Assembly: GCF_001194135.2 (NCBI RefSeq)
Contig: NC_068984.1
Span: 612,002-666,378 of the forward strand
Direction of reading: 5' to 3'
DNA: 54,377 bases
From: Octopus bimaculoides
Taxonomy: Eukaryota
The position numbers and the translations under genes are program-made. The number at the start of each line of letters is the position of its first letter. The stretch's first letter is position 1. This document shows, in pieces, positions 11,539-22,867 of the stretch. The notes beneath the pieces are model-generated. The model did no database searches. It was not told where the DNA came from and saw nothing but the letters and a program-made list of their open reading frames with translations.

Positions 11539-13052
11539 TTTTTTAAGTTTTATTTTAGTTCTTGTGCGTGTTCAAAGCGGTCGCTATCAGAGTAACAAGA
11601 CTTTATATGGTTGGGTTGAGGTGTTGGTTGAGTCGTCGATGCACATCCCCCAAGTCCGTGAATCTATTCATCTGAAGAATCGCAGATGGAGGATCTTTGG
11701 AATGTCTTACATAAATGATGGCCGCTTCATGCTTCTCGAGTATAAGCTGACGATGCGTCACGTGACGCTTACGCATGATACTTTCGCAGTGAATAGAGGC
11801 TTTGCACACAACTAATCTCACTCTACTTTAAAAAGAACTAATCAACATCATCGGCTGTTATGGAGAGGCAGGTTTTACATCAGAATTTTCTTTCTCTTGG
11901 CGTGATACCTTTACAAGTATTACCCATCACACGCTCTCACCACACCTACATCCTCATTCACATGGTTACTGTTGACTGAACTTGTTGTGTCTACTCATTC
12001 TTGAAAGAATGTCAGTTGTCCGTGCACTCATTGTTTTCTGCACCCAAGTCACCAGTTTGTTAATCCCTGCTGCAGAAACTAGCTCTGTCCATGATAAATA
12101 GCAGGACAAAGCTTATGGACGCGGTAATGGATGGCCGTCGAATCTAATGAGGTCATCCGTCATATACACCATATACGTACACACACACACATACATATAT
12201 ATCTACACACACAAGCATATTTCAAAATTTATATTTTGTTAATCATCACTAATCCTCATTAATCGTTATCAACAACGACATTTGCTGCTGAACAAGGCGC
12301 CCTCGACCTCTCAGGTATACTGGCATCAACGAGATTTCAAAACTTAGTGTTTAGCTACAGATTACGGACCCACCTTAATTTAGCTGATCTGTAATCAAAG
12401 GCATTCCAACCGTGACTATTCTGTCATTTCAGATGTTTCTAAAACCACATTGTTTTATCTATCCTTCCTTATTTAATACATTAGACTGCAACATGAGGAA
12501 AATTTGGTTATTATTTCTTTCATTTTGTTTTGGGGATGAAGTATTTTCTGACTCAGAATAACAATTTTTGAGAAGGAGTATTAACTCTATTAAGATTGTC
12601 TGTCAGGAAACATCCTTAGTGACAATGGGGCTTACCATTTGGTGGAGTGTCAAGAGTTGTAACTGAGTGCCGCTTATGGAGCTGTGCGGCATGAAGTTTT
12701 TGTTTTGATTTGTTTTTGATTAGCAGTGCTTGAAAATAGCATCGTGATGAGCAACAAGTTTATTTTGTTTTCTTAGACAGAATTTCAAGAGGAAGGTAAC
12801 ATAATTTTAAAAACCTACATCACCTGTAAAGTTGAGAGTCTGGAAAACTTCTAAACAATTTTTTTTAATGAATGAATTAATTTAATTGAATTTATTAACG
12901 CAAATATTATAATTTTGTAACTGTGTTTAGCATCCCGTATACTTGTATACGGTGAATTCGTCAAAATAAATGTAAAACGCATTTTTCTTTGGGTTTGATG
13001 TCATTATCAAATATTGTTAGCGATACTAATGATTTAGCTTTCCTATTTCTTT

Positions 13053-13214
13053 AGGCACAAAGCCTGAAATTTTAGGGAGATGGGTTACTTGATTACGTCA
13101 ACCCCAGTGTTCAGCTGGCACCTGAGTGGTATTTGAAGTCAGAAGATAAAGAGGCATGAAATACTGCTAAGCATTTTATCCGGTTTGCTAACGGTTTTTC
13201 CAGCTCTGCCACTA
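13053..13214 (-). mobile_element. tRNA-derived SINE, family A, internally deleted
   Basis: Tail GGCACAAAGCCTGAAATTTT and head GAAATACTGCTAAGCATTTTATCCGG...CCAGCTC match family A; the central GGATGAAAGGCAAAGTCGAC block is missing. Confidence 0.7.
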
Positions 13215-13239
13215 ATTCAGATATTAAAGGTTCACTTAC

Positions 13240-13533
13240 CTTTCCGGCAAATATAATCTCCAGGGGAGAAAAGGACAGGACGGAGCCGAAGGACCAGTTC
13301 ACATAAGAAACCGGCTTCAGTATTCTGGAATATTTCTACCCGTTTTAATGTATCCAAGTGCACGTGGATTGCTATCTCTGCTTTGAGTTTGTCTGGGAGT
13401 AAACTAAGCGTTCTTTCTTCATCCGTCGATTTATTACACATCCATAAATAATCAAACCATTTAATGACCCGATCTTGGAGAATAAGCGGAACTCTTCGCA
13501 ACGTCATATAAGTCTTCACACCATCAAGCTTTG
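13240..13533 (-). CDS. Internal exon of a cyclic nucleotide-gated channel (CNGA/TAX-4-like; resembles the Drosophila CG42260-type subunit as I recall it): C-linker plus start of the cNMP-binding domain
   Basis: Translates to (A)[97 protein letters not shown](G), with the typical CNG motifs [16 protein letters not shown] and [11 protein letters not shown]. Acceptor ttttattttgcAG ends at 13534, a branch-like CTAAT lies at 13564-13560, and donor G|GTAAGT starts at 13239. Length 294 nt, phase 1 at both ends. Confidence 0.95.
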
Positions 13534-13809
13534 CTGCAAAATAAAATCAAAAAAGTCAAATTAGATATCATTCATTTATCACGAATAAAACAATTGGAAT
13601 GAAGTGTTTTATCTTTGTTTATCTGTAATGGCTTTATTGTTTTGTTTTAATCCTCCAATTCACATTTGTGTATCTGTAGTACATCTACGATCACTTTAGC
13701 GTTTTTAACGAGATATTTTAAGTTATTGCACCGCGGAAGTGAAAACGAATCCAGACATTTAGAATAGAAACATTTGAGAAAAACAATGAAGCTTTGATGG
13801 AGAGCTTAT

Positions 13810-14106
13810 CCGTCACTTCCAAGTACGATAGCTTGCACGATAATCTTAATTGTATTAGGCGCCTTTGGAGAAACGAACTGACGCAAGCGCCATCTCGGCC
13901 TTTCTATCCTTGATCCAGTCGAACATTGAGAATGTGACAGATAGAGGGCAGCACTAGTAATATTCTGATACTTATTTATAGGCGAGCTGACTGAAGCAAC
14001 GTGAAATGGAGTGCCTTGCTTAAGGACACAATGCGCTACCCGTTCCAGCAATTAGACCCACGGTTTTGTGATGGTCAGCTCAATATGCTAAATACCTGAC
14101 CACGCA
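13810..14106 (-). mobile_element. tRNA-derived SINE, family B
   Basis: GCAACGTGAAATGGAGTGCCTTGCTTAAGGACACAATGCG is the reverse complement of the family-B core. Confidence 0.7.
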
Positions 14107-16067
14107 CAAACCTAGAAACAAGAATCTTAGATAAAAAATTTTTTTATTGAAATACCAGTAGAATTAACCATTTGTTTTTCAAGTCCTGTCTTTGCCCCTA
14201 TCTTCCTTCGAACGACTAATCAAAAAACTCAAACCAAACTATTACTCATCAATCTCTTTCATAGTTATTCTTATCCAAGGAGAAAATATTTGCATTCCTC
14301 CATTCCATTACAATATAGAATACAAATCTCCATACAACACCACACTTCGTCTACAAAAGACTTATATTTACTTCCTCATACATTATTTCATTAAAATGCC
14401 TAATATATTATATGTGAAATATATATTTTCTACTTCTTTATCAAATCTGGTAATATTAGTGTTGATGTTGTAATTACAGCGAAGACTAATTAATGTTCTC
14501 ATTCATTGTTAATTAAGAAACATCGCATTTTTTTCCATCTCCCATTGTCAGGTCTGGATGTCTGTTTTAAAAATGAAAACCAGTTAAATATTTGTTTTAC
14601 TTTCAGAAAAAGCGATCATCAGACAAGCTTTGCTGTTAAATTGTCAGCTAAGTCATCAAACTTAAATGGCGAGAGGAGTCGCAACGTCAAGATTGATTTA
14701 AATTTTTAAAAAGAAAAAAAAAATCTAATCAATAAATATGAGCAATTATATTGAATTAACCACATGTTTTGAAATAAAATATATGTTAAAAAGTTATTTA
14801 AGTATAATTTAGTAATTACGATACTTGGAAACTACTTTAATTATATTGACGACAAAATTAAATTGACGCCATACTTCACACATGAACATGTTGTTTAACA
14901 AACAGCCAATAGTCACAAAGAAACGATCATATTAGCTATATTCTGTTTCCTCTTCAGCTCCAGCCGATAAATATTTTGTCTTTTACTACAGATTTCCGCG
15001 AGGAGGATATTATAATAATAATAATGATGATAATAGTTTTATAAAATCATTTTTGCAACAACGTCTAGGATTGAGGCGGCAACACAAATTAGAATTGGTT
15101 GTGTTTTTGTAGACAATAAATAATATGCTATTGGCGTAAATAATTCTGTCTTGTGGCTTTGCATCACGTTTGGCTCTGTTTTAGTGAAACAAGAATATTT
15201 TAGTTACAGTTAATTCGCTTCTTCTGCTTGGCGCATTTACAGACATTCAAAAAGATAATGTGAAGTATGCATGCGCCTATGAATGTATGTGTGTATATGT
15301 GTGTGTGTGTGTATGTGTGTGTGTATGTGTGCTTACGTACGCATGCATATTATGTATGTATGTATCTATGCATATGCATGTAGGTATATGTGTATATGTA
15401 ATCATGCATGTTATGTATGTCTATATATATGTATGTGTATATGTATGTAATGTATGTATATCTGAATGTATGTTTGTGTATGTATGTATATTTGTTATAA
15501 ATGTATGTAGTGTAGATATACGTATATATGCTAAGTTATCACAACTGCTGTTGCCTTTGCCGCTGCTGCTGTTACTACTACTACTACTACTACTACTACT
15601 AGCGTATTCTCTCAAAATTCTTCGGGTAAGCATAACGGTTGACTTAAGTTACACATAGGGGTTTAATATGACTACCACAGAACATTCTGTTCGGCACTAT
15701 ACCAATTTTGCGCCGCTCCCTCCCTCCAACCAGCCAGCCTGCTTGTCAGCCAATTTTGAACTGCAAAATATATTTGTAACATAAAACTAATAACAATATA
15801 AAAGGAGTTTAATCAATTCATATAACGAATATGAATGGATGTGTTCACTATATTCTGGGGTGAAAACAAAACATTTATGCTGTTACACATACACACTTAC
15901 ATATAATACATACACAACCATTTCCACCTACTCACCCCACTTGAACATATGACCCTATACACAAACATCATCACACACATCGCACTCACTCACACATTTT
16001 GAAATGTAAAGAATACCTTTTTAAGTGAATATGCAATTTAGTCTCCGAGTGAAAGAATAGGTAAACT

Positions 16068-16108
16068 TTCTCTGATGAAAGTCAAAGAAGATCAAAAACT
16101 AGTCAGAA
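16068..16108 (+). ncRNA. Decayed minimal type I hammerhead motif
   Basis: TTCT-CTGATGA-(weak stem II)-aAAAC-TA-GTC-AGAA. G12 is replaced by A and stem II is poorly paired. Confidence 0.45.
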
Positions 16109-16499
16109 TGAACACATTTCCTCCCATGAGAGATAAAACGTATTTTAAATACTTTGTTATGAAGGCACTATCTTTATACTTCCGACATTCGTTTCTAAGA
16201 AAACATTGGTATTATTCCAGAAGGAATAAAATGATATAAAAAAATGCAATCTTCTCATCAGGGATAAAAGAAAAATAAAACGCATCAATAAGACAGTTTA
16301 ACCGAATGTGATTACTGCATATACGATGAAGGGAACACTGGTACGTTTCTTTAGAAAAACAAAACAAAAAGTGTTCATAGATATAACGTCAAAGGCAATT
16401 TATAAGAAGGAGAAGGAAAGAAAGAAAGAAATTAGCAGAAAACTAAAAGTAGAAAAATATAGTGCGATGGGTAAATAGGAATAAAGATTAAAGGCATGC

Positions 16500-16563
<64 letters not shown>

Positions 16564-16704
16564 CCTTTACAGCACGTAGCATAGATGAACGTGTAGGAGA
16601 ACAGTGACAGGAACTCAAGGAGGAGAAAAGCTCCTCAGTAACTGAAAGTAACATGCTGGCCGAGAAAGAATACAAGAAAAAACAAGAGAGAGAGAGAGAG
16701 TAAT

Positions 16705-17290
16705 CCACTGGGATATATGCAGAAAGCTAAGATTTGACTATACTGATAAATGGTATGAACATGGACCTAGTAAAGTACTAGAAAGTAAGAAATACACGAT
16801 GTTCTGGGACTTCGACATTCAGACTGACAGAGTAATAGATGTTAAATTTGTTTCTTTTCCAACAGTCTAATCTGTTGTGTGCATGTGAAAATAATAATAA
16901 TAATTAATAATGCTTCCTTATCGCTGTATCAATATCAACAGATGACAACGTTTCTCCAGAAGAAACGGAGAAACTTTCAAAATACAAAGATCAAGAAATA
17001 AAGGTAACACGAATGGGGAATCTAAAAACAGAAATAATTCCTATCCTAGTACGCGTATTAGGTATGATAAAAAAATATTCAGACAAATACATAGCAAAAT
17101 CACCAAGACTAACAAGTATGTATAACGTACAGAAAATTGCGCGACCAGGCACCGCACACATCCTACGTAAAACACTTCCAATACAGTAAGAATAACAGCA
17201 TCACAACAAACCACAGCACATACCCAAGGCACACAGAGCTGCGCTCGATAGTGCAGTGAAAGCAAGTGATAAAAATAAAACTACTGAATA
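16705..17290 (+). mobile_element. R4/Dong-type LINE 3' parts (RLE domain and 3' UTR), interrupted by a (TAA)n tract
   Basis: FWDFDIQTDRVID at about 16800, then KLSKYKDQEIKVTRMGNLKT...GTAHILRKTL and a 3' UTR ending in an A-rich tail at about 17270-17290. Confidence 0.8.
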
Positions 17291-18063
17291 AGAGTTACCA
17301 GGCCTACATATTAAAGAACAGCAGTAGCCCAACATGTGTTTGTAAACAACAAAATGAGACCATCGATCATGTTGTCTCCATGTGCAGTCTTCTTGCGCCT
17401 AGAGTATCTCAACAGGCACGAGAGAGAAGCACAATGTATTCACCGGGTAATTTGCAAAGACTTGGACCTGTCCCATGATAAAAACTGCTGGGAACATAAA
17501 CCACCTCCAGTGCTTGAAAATGATCACATCTCACTCCTCTGGAACGTCACCATTCAAACTGACAGAAAGATAGATGCGAATAGGCCAGGCATTAAATGAA
17601 GGACTTCAGACAAAAATCATGCCTCCTCATTGATATAAATCCCAATCGACATAAATTTATCTGTCAAGACCTACCAAAAACTGAACAAGTATAAAGATCT
17701 TGAAATATAAATTGGCATAATGTGGAACCTGAAGACTAAAACAATACCTGTTGTCATAGGTGTCCTGGGAATGATAGCAAAAGGGGCTGATTGCTACCTA
17801 GCTCAGATACCAGGAAACACCAAAATGGCAGAAATTCAAAAGATAGTGCTCATGGGAACTGCCCATATCCTACGTAAAATACTGTCTATGTAATTTCAAA
17901 TTTTAAAACAAATTTATAATTCTCTAGAGCAATACTATGTGCAAAACCAAATATATGACACGCTAGGTATAACACCAACATGAACTTCTAACTTGTTGTC
18001 TCTTGAGGTCTCTGGGCGAGACTTGGAGTCAACTTGTATAAATGCAAAGCAAAAGTCAAGCAT
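17291..18063 (+). mobile_element. 5'-truncated R4/Dong-type LINE (CCHC, RLE, 3' UTR) with (TAA)n tail
   Basis: CVCKQQNETIDHVVSMC zinc knuckle, LWNVTIQTDRKIDANRP, MGTAHILRKILSM*; followed by (TAA)n at 18062-18094. Confidence 0.9.
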
Positions 18064-18094
18064 AATAATAATAATAATAATAATAATAGTAATA

Positions 18095-18535
18095 ATTGGA
18101 CTCTCCTATTCAGACTGACAAAGATTTAGAAAATAATAAACCAGACATGACGATTATAGATTAAGTGAAATGAAGTTGCTTACTTATCGACCCATCAGGC
18201 CCGTCTGATTCCAGGAACATAAAGAAAGAGGAGGGAAAAATATAATCCATTAAAATTTGAAATAGGAAGAATTTGGAGCATGCTAACAGTAAAAGTCGTG
18301 ACTATAATAAGTGGAGAATTGGGAAACAGTAAGCCAAGATATGGACAAATGGTTGATGGAGATTGGAATAGAATTCCCAGGAGAGCTCCTACAGAAAGTT
18401 TGTCTTTTAGGGGCAGCAAGGATTTTGAGGTTTCTAAGCAATTTAAAGGCTGCTAAAAAATTGTGGATACCTAAGGTCACAGGTAGTAACCCGAGATCCA
18501 AATAATTACTACCTTGAATAAAACGAACCTGAGCC
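18095..18535 (+). mobile_element. 5'-truncated R4/Dong-type LINE (RLE domain), different subfamily
   Basis: DSPIQTDKDLENNKPD...ELLQKVCLLGAARILRFL; (TAA)n on both sides. Confidence 0.85.
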
Positions 18536-18551
18536 AAATAATAATAATAAT

Positions 18552-18917
18552 GACAACAACAACAAAAAGAGCACTCAGAGACCGTAAACTTCCGCCAAGG
18601 CAACACCAACGCCTTTTCAACGATTAGCCAGAGATGATTTTTAAAATGAGAATATCTAAAATAAACACGACTGCTTTCACAAATGAGAATACTAAAAAGG
18701 AACCCGACCACTCTCGAAACTTAAGTAAAAGAACAGGAAAAATAATCCAGAATCGTTGTCTGGTACCAAATCGACCCCCAAATCTAATCAGCTTGTGCCA
18801 GTCACGAAGCTAGACATCCCTGAAGGTTTCATCCGGATCCATCCAGCAGTTCCTGAGATTTCTTGTCCACGGACAACCAAATACGATTGAAAACAACACC
18901 TCCACTTAGGCGGAGTT
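18552..18917. mobile_element. Non-autonomous element with subterminal inverted repeats and 3' hairpin (Helentron/HINE-like architecture)
   Basis: 5' subterminal AACTTCCGCCAAGG is roughly complementary to 3' CTTAGGCGGAGTT, and the 3' end CTCCACTTAGGCGGAG can fold. Family assignment is inference. Confidence 0.5.
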
Positions 18918-18994
18918 AATAATAATAATGACAACAACAACAAAAAGAGCACTCAGAGACCGTAAACTTCCGCCAAGGCAACACCAACGCCTTT

Positions 18995-19318
18995 NNNNNN
19001 NNNNNNNNNNNNNNNNNNNNNNNNNNNNNNNNNNNNNNNNNNNNNNNNNNNNNNNNNNNNNNNNNNNNNNNNNNNNNNNNNNNNNNNNNNNNNNNNNNNN
19101 NNNNNNNNNNNNNNNNNNNNNNNNNNNNNNNNNNNNNNNNNNNNNNNNNNNNNNNNNNNNNNNNNNNNNNNNNNNNNNNNNNNNNNNNNNNNNNNNNNNN
19201 NNNNNNNNNNNNNNNNNNNNNNNNNNNNNNNNNNNNNNNNNNNNNNNNNNNNNNNNNNNNNNNNNNNNNNNNNNNNNNNNNNNNNNNNNNNNNNNNNNNN
19301 NNNNNNNNNNNNNNNNNN
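18995..19318. other. Assembly gap
   Basis: Run of N. Confidence 1.
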
Positions 19319-19389
19319 AGTTGACAGCATACAACTACTTCATCGTATCACTACTGCATAAATCTCTCTAAGAGATTTAGAAATGTATT

Positions 19390-19421
<32 letters not shown>

Positions 19422-19790
19422 TATTTTACTTGTTTCAGGCATTTGACTGCGGCATTGCTGGAGGACCGCCTTTGGTCGAGCAAATCGACCCCAGGACTTA
19501 TTCTTTGCAAGCCTAGTACTTATTCTATCGGGTTCTTTTGCCGAACCGCTATGTTACGGGGACGTAAACACACCACCAACGGTTGTCAAGCGATGTTGGG
19601 GACACACACACACACACACACACAATATATATATATATATATATATATACACACGACGGGCTTCTTTCCAGTTTCCGTCTACCAAATTCACTCACAAGGC
19701 TTTGTTCTGCCCGAGGCTATAGTAGAAGACACCTTCCCAAGGTGCCACGCAGTTGGACTAAACCCGGAACCGTGCGAGATCCTTGGTACA
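19422..19790 (-). mobile_element. Composite SINE family C/D with internal microsatellite
   Basis: On minus: tRNA-like head remnant, GACGGAAACTGGAAAGAAGCCCGTCG, then (TA)n(TG)n, then a tail ending AAACAAGTAAAATAG. Confidence 0.85.
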
Positions 19791-20355
19791 GTTAGGTATA
19801 TTTAAAATAAGAAAAAGAATGAATTCATTGGTAGTTCTAATCCGTTTAATTTTAATTTTACAGCTTTGTTCATAGATGTAGTAAGTTCGTTGTTAATTTG
19901 AGTGGGGAGATTTTTTAGAAAGAAATTCTTTGTTAATTTTTCTGGAAAACTCTATCGCATTCCTTGTGAAATTGATCTGAGCTTTTGGGGCTTTGTGATT
20001 CTATTTATGGGATTTGGGTGTGTTTTGGGTTGGGTTGGGGTTTGTTAATCAGTGTGGGAGTGAAAGAGTGTTTATGAATAACAGCTGAAAGAAAATGGTG
20101 AATGGTCAAAACAAGAAACTTAATTGGGGGTGGAATTACGTTGTGGTGGGGTGTTAAAGGAGTGTTTTATGAAGCCATTTGAATAGTTGACCTTTGGTGA
20201 GAAAAATAATGGCTAGACGTTTTTTTCAAACTCTTCTTAATTTTCTGTTTTAGGTGTGTGTCTGGGGTGGTGTAAGATGTCTTTTGATATCTTTTTATTA
20301 TAGCCACACAGGGCTAAATACAGAAAATGGACAAATTACAAAGTAGAGCTTTTTT

Positions 20356-20914
20356 NNNNNNNNNNNNNNNNNNNNNNNNNNNNNNNNNNNNNNNNNNNNN
20401 NNNNNNNNNNNNNNNNNNNNNNNNNNNNNNNNNNNNNNNNNNNNNNNNNNNNNNNNNNNNNNNNNNNNNNNNNNNNNNNNNNNNNNNNNNNNNNNNNNNN
20501 NNNNNNNNNNNNNNNNNNNNNNNNNNNNNNNNNNNNNNNNNNNNNNNNNNNNNNNNNNNNNNNNNNNNNNNNNNNNNNNNNNNNNNNNNNNNNNNNNNNN
20601 NNNNNNNNNNNNNNNNNNNNNNNNNNNNNNNNNNNNNNNNNNNNNNNNNNNNNNNNNNNNNNNNNNNNNNNNNNNNNNNNNNNNNNNNNNNNNNNNNNNN
20701 NNNNNNNNNNNNNNNNNNNNNNNNNNNNNNNNNNNNNNNNNNNNNNNNNNNNNNNNNNNNNNNNNNNNNNNNNNNNNNNNNNNNNNNNNNNNNNNNNNNN
20801 NNNNNNNNNNNNNNNNNNNNNNNNNNNNNNNNNNNNNNNNNNNNNNNNNNNNNNNNNNNNNNNNNNNNNNNNNNNNNNNNNNNNNNNNNNNNNNNNNNNN
20901 NNNNNNNNNNNNNN
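20356..20914. other. Assembly gap
   Basis: Run of N. Confidence 1.
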
Positions 20915-21240
20915 ATAGACTCGGCTGATAAGTGGGCTCGTCCCACACGCGACAACAGCCGTTCGACGAAGGTCCACAGCTCTGAAATATCTGGACACTG
21001 CACGAGTGCGTGCAGAACGGTTTCGTCGCTCTGACCGCATCTCGGGCAGGTCGGTCCGGTGGTTTTCGAACCGTGTCTGTAGATCTTCTCTCGAACTGGT
21101 AGTGCGTCTCGATAGCATTGCCAAGCCAGGGATCTCTGGAAATTATCCATAGGCCCCGGCCCGAACGTCGTCTTGAAAAGGCGGGTTAAGAATTTCTCGT
21201 CGACACCCAGGTTTGCCCCGAGAGTAACTCTTCTAGCAAA
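20915..21240 (-). mobile_element. L1/Tx1-clade LINE ORF2 C-terminal zinc-finger fragment
   Basis: SLAWQCYRDALPVREKIYRHGSKTTGPTCPRCGQSDETVLHALVQCP (CCHC, zf-RVT-like); runs into the gap. Confidence 0.85.
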
Positions 21241-21520
21241 TACATCTTAATTTGTGGGATCACAAATCTAGAAAGCTTTAAAGAAAATCTTAAAAGCCGA
21301 TACTATAACCACAGTTTATCTTTCAGCAACAAAGAAAAGAATAATGTTATAATACTTTAAGCAACATATGAATGTTGAACGACAACGAATTAAAAATGTC
21401 AATATCTTTTGGTGAGACATTAAACCAAAATAACTACAATGCTTCCAATATTTTCAGCCAATATATTACAGAAACATATTTGGCAATATTTTTGTAAATT
21501 AACTCAAGAACTCAAACAAA

Positions 21521-21557
<37 letters not shown>

Positions 21558-22411
21558 ATAACGAGAACTTTTGGATGAAAATTCATACTTTAATGCATTG
21601 TTGCTACGTACGTTTCACAGAGCACATGTTTTTGTGGTGACAAACCCCATCCATACGACATTACAAATATGATTTGCAATATCCACAGATTTTAAGTGGA
21701 GCTATTATTACATGTGTTCGTATCTTAAGCCAAGAATTGTAAATGTATTTCATAGGAGATTTAAAAGTTTTGGTTGTGTCCAATGCTTAGTTGAAGGATA
21801 TTTAGCAATTTACACCAATCAGTAGGGTTTGGGAGGTTTATTGACGGTTTCTGTGAATATACAAAGGAGATTAAAGGTTTTTTTTATAAGTCTTTACTGT
21901 GCACTATTGTATTAGTTGTGCCATTACATTACTTGTTAAGGTTATCTCTACAGATTTTTTATAGAACAATCACGGATAGATGCGTCCATATATGTGCGTG
22001 TAACTATGTGGGTGTTTGTGTGTGTGGAATCAAGTTTGTCTCTCTCTTACTCTCTCAATATATTCATACACTATACATAATTCCCCATGTGGTTGCCTAT
22101 GTGTATGCTTTATCAATAAATCTGTCCTATGGCAAACACGTCTATCAAAAAATTAGTCATTCCCACACGGAAATGTAGTACATGTTACCAGAAATACAGA
22201 CGACCGAAATAATCAGTCATTCGAGAGAAAGTGTGCAGTTGAACGAAGTTCATTTAACCCCGAGTATTTTACGCAGCCAGAAACTTCAAACCATGAAATA
22301 ACAGACGTATTTACAGCATAAAAAAAACAAAATCTATGAAACACCATTACTTAACACAAGCCACTCATGTTTTCTTTTGTTTAAGAAAACATTTATATGT
22401 ATATGGGCGCA

Positions 22412-22457
<46 letters not shown>

Positions 22458-22867
22458 ATGCCCTGAGCGTATCTCAGACTTTGTGGGGCGTTATATTTAT
22501 TTCCTAAGCCATTTATTAAAATCTATATTTCCAAGTGTTATAGGTTAAATGTATGGAAATATTTTATTTCAACAAACAATAATTATTAAGTGTATGTTTT
22601 TTATAAAGTTGTTGGCTTGAATATGTGTGTATATGTATACACATGCAAATACATACAGACACACACACATACATGTATATACAAACACGCATATATATAC
22701 ATATACATGCAATTCATACATCTACGTATATATGTATATATATGTGTGTGTGTGTGTGTGAATACACTTTTTACAATTGTATATATATTTATGAATATAT
22801 ATAAATATATCTAAGCATATTTAGATACATATACTGGAATATGTGCGGCAAAGACATACACTTTCCT

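Noticed and set aside
9391-11815. Long ORFs of 180-324 aa in the ORF track (also 18906-19371 and 20298-21124)
   Set aside because: They are read through N-gaps and dinucleotide repeats (X runs, YI/CV/HT repeats) and are not genes.
11560-12175. Possible LINE remnant
   Set aside because: Weak resemblance to both RTE and L2 motifs; too decayed to assign.
1-13239. Next CNG exon (expected EVGKEMYIV...YFGEIS) and, upstream of 13533, the S6 exon
   Set aside because: Manual scanning of the minus strand found no match. They may lie outside the window, in gaps, or have been missed by eye.
19810-20220. Possible Penelope RT N-terminal remnant on minus
   Set aside because: Only vague similarity, with no diagnostic motif.
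21618-21695. QSTCFCGDKP, reminiscent of a WSC domain
   Set aside because: Short, bounded by stops, with no other WSC cysteines or splice support.
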